From assembly GCA_051294375.1 (NCBI GenBank), contig CM119263.1, positions 23,524,762 to 23,588,761 of the forward strand: DNA of 64,000 nt, read 5' to 3'. The translations under genes were made by a program, and so were the position numbers. A model generated the notes under the pieces. It had not been told where the DNA came from and searched no databases. It was given only the letters and a program-made list of their open reading frames with translations. Shown here in pieces: positions 25,329-37,663 of this stretch (positions are counted from its first letter, which is position 1; every line of letters starts with the position of its first letter). This DNA comes from Paraspadella gotoi. Its lineage: Eukaryota; Animalia; Chaetognatha.

Positions 25329-26424
25329 AAAATTCGCGCGCGGGACGAACGCGTGGTCAATGACTGCAATCTGCTTGCAAACGTAAAAGTTCACACATTC
25401 AAACGTGCGAAAATACGTAGCCACTTATAGTGTAAGCATACTCATAAAGAGACTCGATAAAATCGGTCTGAACTGAGATAAACGCGGGGGCCTAACTTAA
25501 AACGCGCATGCGCTAAAGCGATGACGCGATGAGTGACGATGAGTTCGTTGTCATCTGGGATGTCGTCGTCGTCGTCGTCGTCGTCTTCGGAATTGAATAG
25601 ACTTAAGCTTACAATGGGCGGAATGGGTGATTTTTTTTTCCACGAGATTTTCTTCTTTTTATTCGTCGTCGTGAAGAAAAGAAAAAAAAAAGAATAAAGT
25701 CTGGTCGAAGTGAATGGATCAGATTTTCTTTTGTCATTTTTTTTTCTCATTTCGGGTGAACGAGCAAAGAGGGTTTTAAATTCTCGTCCGAGGATCTTCA
25801 CGGAGCAATTAGCCAGACATTTGGACGAAACTCGTTTTGTCGTTGGGAGGCGATTAAGTTGGGTTCTATATTGATGACTTTTAGCTGACTTAAAAGCAGT
25901 TTCGACGGCATTTTAATTTAACTAAGTGTAAAATAAATAGATTTAAAAATAATCCGATTATAACAAATCAATGAGACACAATTTCACGAGTAAAGAGCTA
26001 AAAAAATATTTTTCTCGACGCGAGATAACAAGTCAACCGCCCATATATAAACTCCCATTTTTTTTTCTTTTAGATGTCGCTTTCGTCGTTTTAGTCTCAT
26101 TTGTCGTTTTTTGAATTTCACCGCCATTTTGAAATCGTAATCAGCGGCGTTCGAGTCAATGTCGTCATCGTCATCGTCATCGTCGTCATCGTCATCGTCT
26201 TTCTTGTTTTTAAAAGAGTTTTTGAGGAAATGAGGCATTTTTTGAAATACTCGTCAAAATCTCGATTAATGATAAAAATAAGGAAAAGCAAAAAATTTTG
26301 TTAGCAAGTTTGAGTGACATTTTCGGCCACGTTATTTTCTTAAGAGCCTCATTAGAAAGAAGATAAAAAACGTAATGACAGTAACATGTGACAGGTGTAG
26401 GGGTTTTAATCGAACACCCTACTT

Positions 26425-26523
26425 CCTCCTCTCCTCTCCATCTCTATCCTCTTCCTCTCTCTCATTCTCTCTCACTTTCTCTCCTCCCCTCCTCTCTCTT
26501 CCTCTCTCTCTCTCTCTCTCTCC

Positions 26524-26557
<34 letters not shown>

Positions 26558-26608
26558 CTCTTCTCTCTCTCCTCTCTCTCCTCTCCTCTCTCTCTCCTCT
26601 CCTCTCCT
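26425..26608. repeat. (CT)n polypyrimidine tract
   Basis: Direct reading. Confidence 0.95.
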
Positions 26609-26726
26609 TCAATCCATCGTCCTTTCTAACGATTCACAAACTTTCCTTCAAACTTTCTCGGAGATCGGTCCTTTAGCGCTTTTTGTAAGTCATCACGTGA
26701 ACCAATTCTGCCCCCCCTTTCTCGAA

Positions 26727-26765
26727 TGACCTTTCGTGACCCCTTTCGTGACCCTGCGATGACCC
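26727..26765 (-). promoter_or_regulatory. Array of four RGGTCA nuclear-receptor half-sites (DR4/DR6/DR5 spacing)
   Basis: + strand TGACCT-ttcg-TGACCC-ctttcg-TGACCC-tgcga-TGACCC; TCACGTGA E-box at 26693-26700. Confidence 0.4.
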
Positions 26766-27016
26766 AAGACCCCGACCCCGCGCGCCGCGGTCGGCTAAGC
26801 GCCTCCTCGGGGCCCATTACGCCCCTCGATGGCGAGAGGCTAGTAAGCGAATGGGCGGCGAGCAGAGAGAGAGGAGAGAGAGAGACGAGACGACGAGAGA
26901 GAGAGAGAGAGAGCGACGAGAATGGAGATGAGAGAGAGAGAGAGAGATAGTAGACACGCCCACGACGGCGAGGAAAGGAGGAGGGGGAGAGAATGAGCGA
27001 CGTTTTTAAGGGGACG

Positions 27017-27028
27017 AGACGGACAGAG

Positions 27029-27064
<36 letters not shown>

Positions 27065-27068
27065 GGAC
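27017..27068. repeat. (GACA)n tetranucleotide microsatellite
   Basis: gacagacagacagacagacagacagac. Confidence 0.95.
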
Positions 27069-28510
27069 TGATGAAGGAACAAATGATCGAAGGGACTGCG
27101 ACGTCGAAGAGCGAAGGAAAGAAATCCAAAGAAGAAGAGAGAATTTTTTTTTCGAGTTTCGAATCCAAACTCTTTTTTTCCCACTGAATCGATCGACTCT
27201 CAAGTCATTAAACCTCCCCATAATATGTTTCCTCACCCTAATATCTTTCCACACTCTTCCCAAATTCTCAGCCTCACCCTTAAGCTTCGGCGGAGCCTCG
27301 TTTCCAAGATCTTTGTCTTGGGATTTGTTGGAAATAAACTCGAGACGATCGTCGCCCACGATGCCCACAACACCCACGACGCCCACGGCGGCCCACGCCT
27401 CGCCTATCTCCGTCGCCTCGGACCTTGTGAAAACACCTAGTTTTTTTTCATCTTCTCCAGACTTAAATAACCGACGAAGACGATCACTTTCACAGATCGC
27501 TAATTCACCACAATGGTTTTTTATGGTCATCTCCGATGAATTCCTTTTTTAAAAGCCGTTTTGTTTATTTATGGGATCAAAAATACGAAGAATCGTAGAC
27601 ATTCTGAAGATACATATATCTCTAATGATTATTTTGCACATTATGTTCTTCGCAATTTCCTATTTCCTTTTCACCTATTTCCTTTTTTCTTACCTCCTCT
27701 TCCTTTTCCTTTACTTCTTTTATTTCTTCCACTCATTCCATTCTCACCAAATCGAATTCGGACCACTTGACAACTTTCCCCAACGTTCATCACATCCTTC
27801 ACAATGAACTCCCACAATCCCACACACATCACAACGATGCGGCGGCCGCCTTTCTTAATAACCCTTCTCGGAAACTCACCCAATCCTCTCAACGCTGGAT
27901 TCGGAGGCGCCTTTCGACCTCACCTACGCAGTTCGTCGTCGCGGACTTGGAGTCGCGGGTCGTTTTGGGCGGATCTGACCCAGAATTATGACCACATTTT
28001 TGGGAACCTAATGATTTCTAAATGATTCCTAGACAAATCTTAAGTCTATCGAACCAAAAACTCGGAAAAAAAAATGGTAGTGCAAATAATTATAATCAGA
28101 TAAATATGCTCAAAAGGAAGTTTTGCTCGTTCTGAAAATGGAGGTTTTTAATAACCGTTTCTGATAAAAATAACTTTTATAATGGTTGTACAAATCCCAT
28201 TAAGCTAGTTGCACATAGTTGCACATATATTGGTTGTACCAATTTCATAGCCTAATCAGCTTCAAATTAAAGTCAAATAAACTCGCAGAGACGAGAAATA
28301 TATTGAGTCCGAGAGCTCAATGAATTGGGGCTTTTCCTTCGCCTTTTAACTCCGCGTTATTGTTTGTCGTCGTCGTCGTCGTCGTCGTTGTTTCAGCGCG
28401 CCCTCTCATGCGTCAATGGTGTGAATGGCGGTTAATGCGTTTACAACCTTTCCAACGCTTTACAACTTCTTCAAGTGGCCATCTCGAGAAGAGAGGGAGG
28501 AAAGGAAAGG

Positions 28511-28568
28511 AGGAGGAGGAGGAGGAGGAGGAGGAGGAAGAATGGGGTCGGTGGAGAAGGAGGAGGAG
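28511..28568. repeat. (GGA)n microsatellite
   Basis: Direct reading. Confidence 0.9.
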
Positions 28569-29486
28569 GGCGACGAAAAAAGGGAAATTAGGGTAAAAAA
28601 AGGAAAGAAGTTGGGAGAAATGCTAATGGAGGAAAGGAAAGGAAGGCGGCGGGAAGAAAGTCAGATAAGAAGATAAAGGAAAGGAAAAAAAAAGGAAATT
28701 ATGTGAAGGGACGTAAGTGGAAAAAGATAAGGAAGGAAAAGACAACAAACATTATGGCGAAAGAAGAGAGAAGGAGCAAAAGGCATCGCGTGAATGAGAG
28801 AATGTGGAGTAAAGAGAGGAAAAGGAAATCAAAAAGAAATAGACAATAACTACGACGAGTACGTCTACAATGACTAAAAAAACGCTTCGTCATTATTCGA
28901 CGCAAATCTTTCTTCCTTTGCATAATATTTTTTTCCTGCCCTCAATTTGGCGCCAAAATCGTGTTTGAATCTACTCGACTCCACCTCCGCCCTGGGCCCC
29001 TCACTCGGGCAGCTCCTTTTAAAAATGCTACGTACGACTATCAAGGCTTTAAAACATCTTTATGTGTACACGAAGATTGGCGCCAAAAGGACTTCTTAGT
29101 CCTTACGCATTATGCATCAGCGATCTGCCCATCGGTCAACTCAATCGATGGAGCAGTTTTTTGATAATTTAACAACTTCTAAGCCAACAATGCCTTTTCT
29201 ACCTAAACATTTTCAATTACATATAGCGCATTACCGATTATTTTCCGAAAAGGGTCCTAAAATAATTCTTTTGACTTTTACAGTTCGAAACCAAAATTCA
29301 AAAGCTCTGGCAGCACAAGATTTCTCTTTTCTCTCAACACTTCTACTCAACTGCCTCCTCGCCTAGTTTCCCCACCCAACGTTTTCTTTGACCCAAAACC
29401 AAACAAAAAAAATTTATGTTCTTTGTTTTCGTCGTCTTTGCGAAAAGTTTTTTTCGTTTTTAGTTTTTATTAAGAACCAGGGCCAG

Positions 29487-29523
29487 AGAAAGAAAGAAAG
29501 AAAGAAAGAAAGAAATAAGAAGA

Positions 29524-29554
<31 letters not shown>

Positions 29555-29558
29555 ATAT

Positions 29559-29609
<51 letters not shown>

Positions 29610-29613
29610 AAAA

Positions 29614-29672
<59 letters not shown>
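29487..29672. repeat. Compound (AAAG)n-(AAAT)n-(AAAG)n microsatellite
   Basis: Direct reading; source of the FFLS/FIYL ORFs. Confidence 0.97.
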
Positions 29673-29673
<1 letters not shown>

Positions 29674-29689
29674 AAAAAAATAAAGATAA

Positions 29690-29964
29690 AGACTTCCTGA
29701 GATAAGCGTTTCTTGGTTGGCCTACGACAAACTCTGAACAATTTAACCAACGGGTTGAGACGGTGTCCGTAGAAGATGGTCGAATCACCTGCAACGAAAA
29801 AAAAGGGAGGAAGAGATTGGCGTTTCTCAGGTTCGTTATTGTCGTCGTCGTTGTTGTTATCTTGATTGTCGGCGACCTCATCGTCTAATTGACGTTTTTC
29901 CGTCGACTTACTGCTCTTGTATCGTAGGTATCATCATTGTCATTATCGAAGTATTTAAGGTCAC
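29690..29964 (-). other. Candidate pair of spliced exons (29964-29912 and 29788-~29690) of an unidentified gene
   Basis: Strong donor GCA|gtaagt at 29911 and strong acceptor ctcccttttttttcgttgcag|GTG at 29789; 123-nt intron; in-frame join DLKYFDNDNDDTYDTRA-VIRPSSTDTVSTRWLNCSEF. Confidence 0.3.
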
Positions 29965-31129
29965 TTTACAGGAAAAATGAAATAACCTTTTTTTTTAAAA
30001 TCGCGCACCGTTAACTTCGCTCGCCACTGCTACTATTTCTGTGACAAACCTCATGGATTCCCCAATCCCTTCCGCCCCCTTTTCCCATCGCGGCGTCGTC
30101 GGCGAATGACCGACTCCCATTCTACGAAAATAACGACCCTTTTCGGGCCCGACCCGCCCCGCGGCGGTGGCTTGCCCATCGGGGGCGCCACTCCGCATCT
30201 CCCTCGCATCCTCGCATACTCTCCCGCCCCCACACTGCTCCGCCCCCTTTCGGTGACCCCTCGTAGGTTCGCGTCCCCCTCCGGTCATTGATCTAAATTG
30301 CCCTGACCCAATTTTTTTTTTCCTCTTTCCGACTCCGCGTCGAATTGAAGTCGAGGCTCGTAGATTCGGCATCGTCGCGTCTGCGTCGGGAAATCGTTTT
30401 GGGTTTCGATGCGGAATTTGTTTTTTTTTTTGCAAAAATGCAGCATTCGAACGGCGATGGGTCGGTGTGAATTGGCTGGGCATCGCCGGCTGAGGGCTTT
30501 AATGGAGTTTCGGCGAGTCTTTATGCCAGCTTTGGGACATCATCCGTTTTGCTTTTGAAGTTGTTGAGGACTGAAATTCGTTGGTTGCGTTTAATCAATT
30601 ACGATGAAAGGGACGTGACTTTTGACTCATTTTTCTAAAACATTTATTTTATGTACGTATATATTTATATTTTCTTTGAGACTCCCAGTCTTGGGATGAT
30701 GAACCCGAGACTACTTGTGAATTAAAGATGTAAACAAAACTTATCTGAAGTCAAGCAAACTTTACGTATTTTCGTTATCTTTATATCTATTTCTGGAACG
30801 TCGAACGATGCGTCAGTCTTCATTCCTCTCAAACTTTTGATCGAAGCTCTCATTCAATTTAATCATTTGTTATTTGTTTGTCTTCCTGACCTGACATTCT
30901 CTATGCCGTTCTGTCTAACCATTTTTTCTATCTTTCTATATCTTACTCCCCCTTCTCCCTCTATCCGCTCAAAAAGAGAGAGAACGCTTTTCAATCTTGT
31001 TTTCTCCTCCATTCGATCCGCCATCTTATCCGCTTCATCCGCCGCCTCCGGGCGCCCGCCTTCGATACCGCCTTCCGCCGCCATCGCCCAGCCGCAATTT
31101 TGGCCGCCATTTTCCTCGCATCGGCGGCC

Positions 31130-31167
<38 letters not shown>

Positions 31168-31618
31168 ACTCTCTTTCTCGGGGGCGGCCATATTTGCCAC
31201 CTTTTTCGAATTCTTTCTCCGGATTCCGATATCGGGACGAAACTCGATGAAAGTCGATGGAAGGAAAAAAAAATAAAGAAGGAAAGAGAAAGATTGGAAA
31301 AAAGAAAAGCGGAGGAAAAATAAAAGAAAAAGAAAAAAGGAGGAAAAAAGATGGAATCGAAGTCGATAAAAGATAGAAATGGGAGAAATTCGACGGTCAG
31401 AAAAAAAAAATGCCGGNNNNNNNNNNNNNNNNNNNNNNNNNNNNNNNNNNNNNNNNNNNNNNNNNNNNNNNNNNNNNNNNNNNNNNNNNNNNNNNNNNNN
31501 NNNNNNNNNNNNNNNNNNNNNNNNNNNNNNNNNNNNNNNNNNNNNNNNNNNNNNNNNNNNNNNNNNNNNNNNNNNNNNNNNNNNNNNNNNNNNNNNNNNN
31601 NNNNNNNNNNNNNNNNNN

Positions 31619-31651
<33 letters not shown>

Positions 31652-32367
31652 GCGTCCTCAGAGATGGAGGTAGATCCGCGCCTCTGTGGTGCGGGGAGTT
31701 GCTTGGCCTCTCGTGAATAAGATTATTGGTAATAACGCTTTTAAAAAGCGGAGATTGTCTCTAAAATTTCAAAGTCCATTTACTGTAAATTTTCCTTCTT
31801 TTTTTTCTTTACTCACTCTGTCACTATTTCTCTGTCTATTTTTCCTCCTCTCTATTTCTCTCTCCATCTCTCTCCTGCCCCCTAGCTCGGTCGCTTATTT
31901 CCAATCTAATGAACAACTCGAATTCGCCATTATATCATTTCCTGTCTTTCATAATGGAACATTTCATTCCTTTTTTTCTTTTTCTTTCTTTCTTTCTTTC
32001 TTTCTTNNNNNNNNNNNNNNNNNNNNNNNNNNNNNNNNNNNNNNNNNNNNNNNNNNNNNNNNNNNNNNNNNNNNNNNNNNNNNNNNNNNNNNNNNNNNNN
32101 NNNNNNNNNNNNNNNNNNNNNNNNNNNNNNNNNNNNNNNNNNNNNNTTCTTTCTTTCTTTCTTTATTTCTATCTATATTTCTTTATTTCTTTCGTTCTTT
32201 TTTTCTTTCTTTCATATTTTTGAAAAATACTATGTTAATTCCTCTAATTTAAATTTCGAAGATAAATTGGAATTAAAATATTTTTTTATTCCAATTGTTT
32301 CGTCAGTCCGAGTCGCTTCAAGTGTTTTCTTCTTTTCACTAAAAACTTATTTTTCCCAAAAATCGAT

Positions 32368-32413
32368 ACAGCAGGCATCCTTTACAAAATTGTTACAGCA
32401 GGCGTTCTTTACA
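32368..32413. repeat. 27-bp-period tandem duplication
   Basis: acagcaggcatcctttacaa ... acagcaggcgttctttacaa. Confidence 0.8.
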
Positions 32414-34431
32414 ACAGGCAATTATGATTAAGATGAAAATAACAGACAATGAGGTTGTTTGCGTTGATGTCGTTTCGCTCGACTTCATTTTATATTCACT
32501 CACAATTATTCTTGTTATAATCAAATCATGTGACTTAATAAATGGATTTAAAATTGTATCAAATATAACGCGCTCGTCGTCTCCTCCTCTCTCTCTCTCT
32601 CTCTCTCTCTCGTCTCATACCGTATTTAAAAATCGACGTGAGCGCCGCTTTAAAGTTTTCCTCCTTATTTCTCGAATTATCGATTTTTTCCGCCATTTTT
32701 TATTCCCATTTTTTTTTTGCTTCGATATTTATTTTTATTTTTATATTAGAAACGGGAAATCGGGCATTAATCCTCGGAGCCGGCAGCCGGCAGAGTCTCG
32801 GTTCAGAGCTCTGTCTCTCTCTCTCTCTCTCTCTCTCNNNNNNNNNNNNNNNNNNNNNNNNNNNNNNNNNNNNNNNNNNNNNNNNNNNNNNNNNNNNNNN
32901 NNNNNNNNNNNNNNNNNNNNNNNNNNNNNNNNNNNNNNNNNNNNNNNNNNNNNNNNNNNNNNNNNNNNNNNNNNNNNNNNNNNNNNNNNNNNNNNNNNNN
33001 NNNNNNNNNNNNNNNNNNNNNNNNNNNNNNNNNNNNNNNNNNNNNNNNNNNNNACGACGACGACGACGACGATGATAGCGACGACGACAAGAAAGACGAC
33101 GACGACGACGAAAACGTCGAAGACGCCGGAAAAAAAGGACAAAGTCAATGGCTACACATTTAAAAATTACAAATTCGAATATAAAAAGACTCGTTTTTTA
33201 CAATACTGTATACAATCACAGTTTTAAAGTAATCAGCCATTGCCACGCTCCACCAAGCAAATGTGTTTCGATGGATATTGTATAATGATGGTTGAGCTTA
33301 ATTAACTGTGGAGCTAAATCAGTTTTTCGCATAGANNNNNNNNNNNNNNNNNNNNNNNNNNNNNNNNNNNNNNNNNNNNNNNNNNNNNNNNNNNNNNNNN
33401 NNNNNNNNNNNNNNNNNNNNNNNNNNNNNNNNNNNNNNNNNNNNNNNNNNNNNNNNNNNNNNNNNNNNNNNNNNNNNNNNNNNNNNNNNNNNNNNNNNNN
33501 NNNNNNNNNNNNNNNNNNNNNNNNNNNNNNNNNNNNNNNNNNNNNNNNNNNNNNNNNNNNNNNNNNNNNNNNNNNNNNNNNNNNNNNNNNNNNNNNNNNN
33601 NNNNNNNNNNNNNNNNNNNNNNNNNNNNNNNNNNNNNNNNNNNNNNNNNNNNNNNNNNNNNNNNNNNNNNNNNNNNNNNNNNNNNNNNNNNNNNNNNNNN
33701 NNNNNNNNNNNNNNNNNNNNNNNNNNNNNNNNNNNNNNNNNNNNNNNNNNNNNNNNNNNNNNNNNNNNNGGTATCCGTCAATGATTAGGAACCGTCGCCG
33801 TCGCCGTCGTCGTCGTCAGCGTCGTCGTCGACGTCGCCCGCCGAATCTCATTTCAAATCTTTTTTTTTTTTTCCACTTCTTTCTTTTATTTTAATCTTTC
33901 TCCCTTTTTTCCATCTTTATTTCATTTCTTGCCAACGATACGCGAGGGATGGAGCTAAAAGAAAAGAAAAGAAAAACTCGAGCAGACATGGTATGAATCT
34001 TTCTCTCTCTCTCTCTCTCTCCTTTTAATTTTTGTAAAGCCAACAAACATAAACGAGACTGGCAATTTGTGCAATACGCAATTTGCAATATGCAATTTGC
34101 CATGTGCTAAAGCGCCACGCTCGAGCGAGCGTCGTCGGCGGTGCGAAGAGAGAGAGAGAAATAGAGAGGGAGAAAAAGAGAGAGAGACAGAGAGAGAGAC
34201 AGAGAGACAGAGAGAGAGAGAGAAGAGATCCTAATTAATTACAAAAATGATGGCAGAGTCTCTAACGAGCGAATTCAATCCAAAATCTTTGATCCATATC
34301 TTTAGTCTGGGGATGTTTAATGAGCATTTTCTTCATATTTCACGAAGTATCTTTTCAAGGAGGGAAAGCGTAGCGGCGCCGTCGTCATCGTCGCTTCGGG
34401 CGTCGGCCGGCGTCGGCCGGCGACGGCATTA

Positions 34432-34560
34432 GCGGCTGCCGCCGCTGCCGCCGCTGCCGCCGCTGCCGCGGCGTTTCCTGCTTCTCCTCCGCCGGCGTCG
34501 GCACCCGCGCGGCACCCGCGCGGCACCCGCGCAGCCCGTCGCCCCCCGGCACCCGCGGCT
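34432..34560. repeat. (GCC/GCT)n and (GGCACCCGC)n-type GC-rich repeats
   Basis: gctgccgccgctgccgcc...; ggcacccgcgc x3. Confidence 0.85.
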
Positions 34561-37160
34561 GCGGCGACGGCAAAAACCGCGGCGACGCAGGGAGAGTTGG
34601 CTTCGGCTTCGTCGTTCGTCTCATTACCGAAGGTGTCATTCTCCAAGTTTTTCACTAATGGCTTCATTTGATCAATCGATTTTGTTATGAAAAAAAAAAA
34701 ANNNNNNNNNNNNNNNNNNNNNNNNNNNNNNNNNNNNNNNNNNNNNNNNNNNNNNNNNNNNNNNNNNNNNNNNNNNNNNNNNNNNNNNNNNNNNNNNNNN
34801 NNNNNNNNNNNNNNNNNNNNNNNNNNNNNNNNNNNNNNNNNNNNNNNNNNNNNNNNNNNNNNNNNNNNNNNNNNNNNNNNNNNNNNNNNNNNNNNNNNNN
34901 NNNNNNNNNNNNNNNNNNNNNNNNNNNNNNTGAGGTAGTAGTGGTAGATCGTTTGAATTGGAAAGGTAATTTTGGGCAAGTAAAATTTTCATGTCCGTCG
35001 ACTGGATAATATAATCTTATTATATTTCTAGATTTTATATTTATCACAATTAGGCATTTTGCAATACTTAACGTAGTTAACGTTAAGCGAAAAATAAAAC
35101 AAGCGGCGAAAAGTTGTCTCAATGCGACGAAAAAGACGGCGAAAAATTGCGGCGAATCCATGAAGGATGAATCTGCGAAAGGAGAGGAGGGGAGAAAGAT
35201 CGCGGGATGGGCGGGATTGGAGACTTTGAGAGGCTAGGTTGCGATCGTTGGGAATTATTATGGAGTGGAACAATTAGGGAAGGAGTTGATTCAATGAACA
35301 ATGCAACAAGAGTCCGGTGTCAAATTCGACCAACACGTATCTTAGTTTATAACTCTTTTACTTGTTTAAATATGTCCTGTACAAATGTCCTGTCAGTGTC
35401 ATAAAAGAGGGTCATTAGGTCATTGGCGAGAGAAGAGATCGGCGATCGGAATCGTCCTGAAACGAAGACGGCGAAGGAGACAATCGACATTGTCGACATT
35501 CGACAATCCAACAGATCCGGAAGAAGGTTGGAGAAAAAAATATTTAAAAAAGCCGATTGACGGAATTTAGTCGAATGTTATAAAATCTCTTTTTACTTTA
35601 TGTTAAAGATCCGAGTCTCAAATACCTTAACATTTCATTTTCGCATATAATGAGAGCTCTATCTGCCAAAGGGAAAGATAAATATTTTCTGGGAAATAAA
35701 ACGAAACCGAGTTGAAAACCGGTGGTTTAAAGATATCAAGATATTCTCGCCTAACCCCCCCTCTCTCTCGTCCGGGTCGGCAACGGCGCGGCGCCTCCTG
35801 CACCGCCCCGTCGCCCGCTCCGCGATTTATGAACCGAAAAAAACGTTTTAATCAATTTTTACGAAATAAAAATTCGGCGAAATTAGGTTAAAAAACGTCT
35901 AAAACCCGTAATTTCTTGGGATCTCTCGGCCTCCCAATGGCCGCCGAGTTTCCACCCCATAAAGAGAAAAGGGAGAAAAAGGAAAAAAAAAACTGAGAAA
36001 AAAAAAGTTTGGCAAAGGAAAAAAAAAAAAGGAAAAGGAAAAGAAACCATGAACACCAAGAACATTTCATATGGAACGGAGGTGGGTTTCGAGCGAGTTG
36101 GGGCGGGGGGGGGGTTGCTGAAAGGGGAGGAGGCGTTTGGAGATTAAAATAAAAAAAAGGAAAAAAATCCTCCGAAAGAAAAAAAAATATCTAAACTTCG
36201 TTTTTGAAAAAAAAAATTGAAAGACGTTGAAAGTTGGATGGAGATGGAGTCAAATCATCAGCAGCAGCGACAGCGGCGGCGGCGACGGCGGCGGGCGATG
36301 CCATAAAGCCCTAATAGCGCCGCGCTAAAGGCTTTGCATAAAACCTATTCCAATTTGAGATTGCGTCATTAATTTTGTTGAAAATCATTCAAGGTTTCCA
36401 TGGCAGCATATTTCATCTTGGCTCAATATTCTCGTCTTGGATCATTCCGCATGCCGGGTGCACGCGGGGCGCACGCAGTCGGGGCCCCCGACGCGTTGCG
36501 TGCGAGAGAATGAGAGAGAGAGAGAAAGAAAGAGATAGAGACTCGTAAAAAAAGGATGACTCCCTCATCTCTCACAGTCTTGATCAACCAAATCGTCATC
36601 GTCATCGCCATCGTCGTTCTCATCGTCGTTATCGGCGACACTTAAAAAAAAAAAGTCATCGTCTCCCTTTGTTACCATGGCGACCATTGGTCAGCATTGT
36701 CTTTGTCGCCTCCGCGTCGCTTTCATGTCCGACCACTCCTGCCATCCGCCCCTCCACTCCCACCCGCCCACGACCACCCCAGCCTCGATCCGCCGTCTCG
36801 ACTCATCGCCGCTAATTGTCTCCGTTATCATCAGTTTTTCGGCGCTGGATGGCGTTGGCGTCGGACGGAGGGTGGCGGCGTCGGTGGCGGCGACATCGGC
36901 GGCGCAAAATTTTCCCCATCTGCGGCGCTGCGCCGGCGGCGCCGGCGGCGCCGGGTTTAGCGTTAGACGAGATATCGACGCTTCGTCATTAAAGGGTCCC
37001 AGCTTTCCCCGACGAGAAAGATTGTTGAGGGGGGAGGGGGGGAGGTTGGAGGTTGTGGGGTGGGAGGGTGGAGAGAGGGATGACTGACTGAATAAATTAG
37101 TAAATTAATAGAATAATTTAATTATTAACTAATGACGGATATATGAAAGAGTAAAGGAAG

Positions 37161-37271
37161 GAATGAATGAATGAATGAAGGAATGAACGAAAATGGAAAA
37201 AATGAATGAATGAATGCATGAATGAATGAATGAATAAATGAATGAATGAATGAATGAATGAATGAATGAAG
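37161..37271. repeat. (ATGA)n tetranucleotide microsatellite
   Basis: Direct reading. Confidence 0.95.
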
Positions 37272-37371
37272 AAATGTATAAATTAATCATTAAATTAATT
37301 AAATTTGACTAAGTCATGAGGGTAATTTGAAGTTTGGCTTGGTGTTGTGGTGTGGCTGAATGACGGAGAGT

Positions 37372-37420
37372 GAAGAGGAGGAGGAGGAGGAGGAGGAGGA
37401 GGAGGAGGAGGAGAAGGAGA
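37372..37420. repeat. (GGA)n microsatellite
   Basis: Direct reading. Confidence 0.95.
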
Positions 37421-37629
37421 AAGAATCGGAGGAGCGAAGAATCTAATGACGTTTTGTCATTATCGTCACCGAGTTTCCTCGGAGGGATTAAAGGGGTTAT
37501 CGAGATCGTCGTCGTCGTCGTCGTTCGTCCGTCGTCTGATCATCACGAGTGAAACAATGGTCGACACGACGACGTAGTGACGACTAAGACCCTTGCTCTC
37601 TCTCCTCTCTCTCTCTCTCTCCTCCGTCT

Positions 37630-37663
<34 letters not shown>

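Larger units (their letters stand above)
31417..34930. other. Second cluster of assembly gaps, several flanked by microsatellites
   Basis: N-runs at 31417-31618, 32007-32146, 32838-33053, 33336-33769, 34702-34930; neighbours include (AG)n, (TTTC)n, (CT)n and (GAC)n. Confidence 0.98.

Noticed and set aside
34317-34667. Poly-Ala ORF resembling a transcription-factor repression domain
   Set aside because: Explained by the (GCN)n repeat; no DNA-binding domain or splice sites, and it abuts a gap
1253-35161. Long ORFs containing X runs (e.g. 23055-23882, 24472-25386, 32424-33227)
   Set aside because: They are open only because N-gaps contain no stop codons
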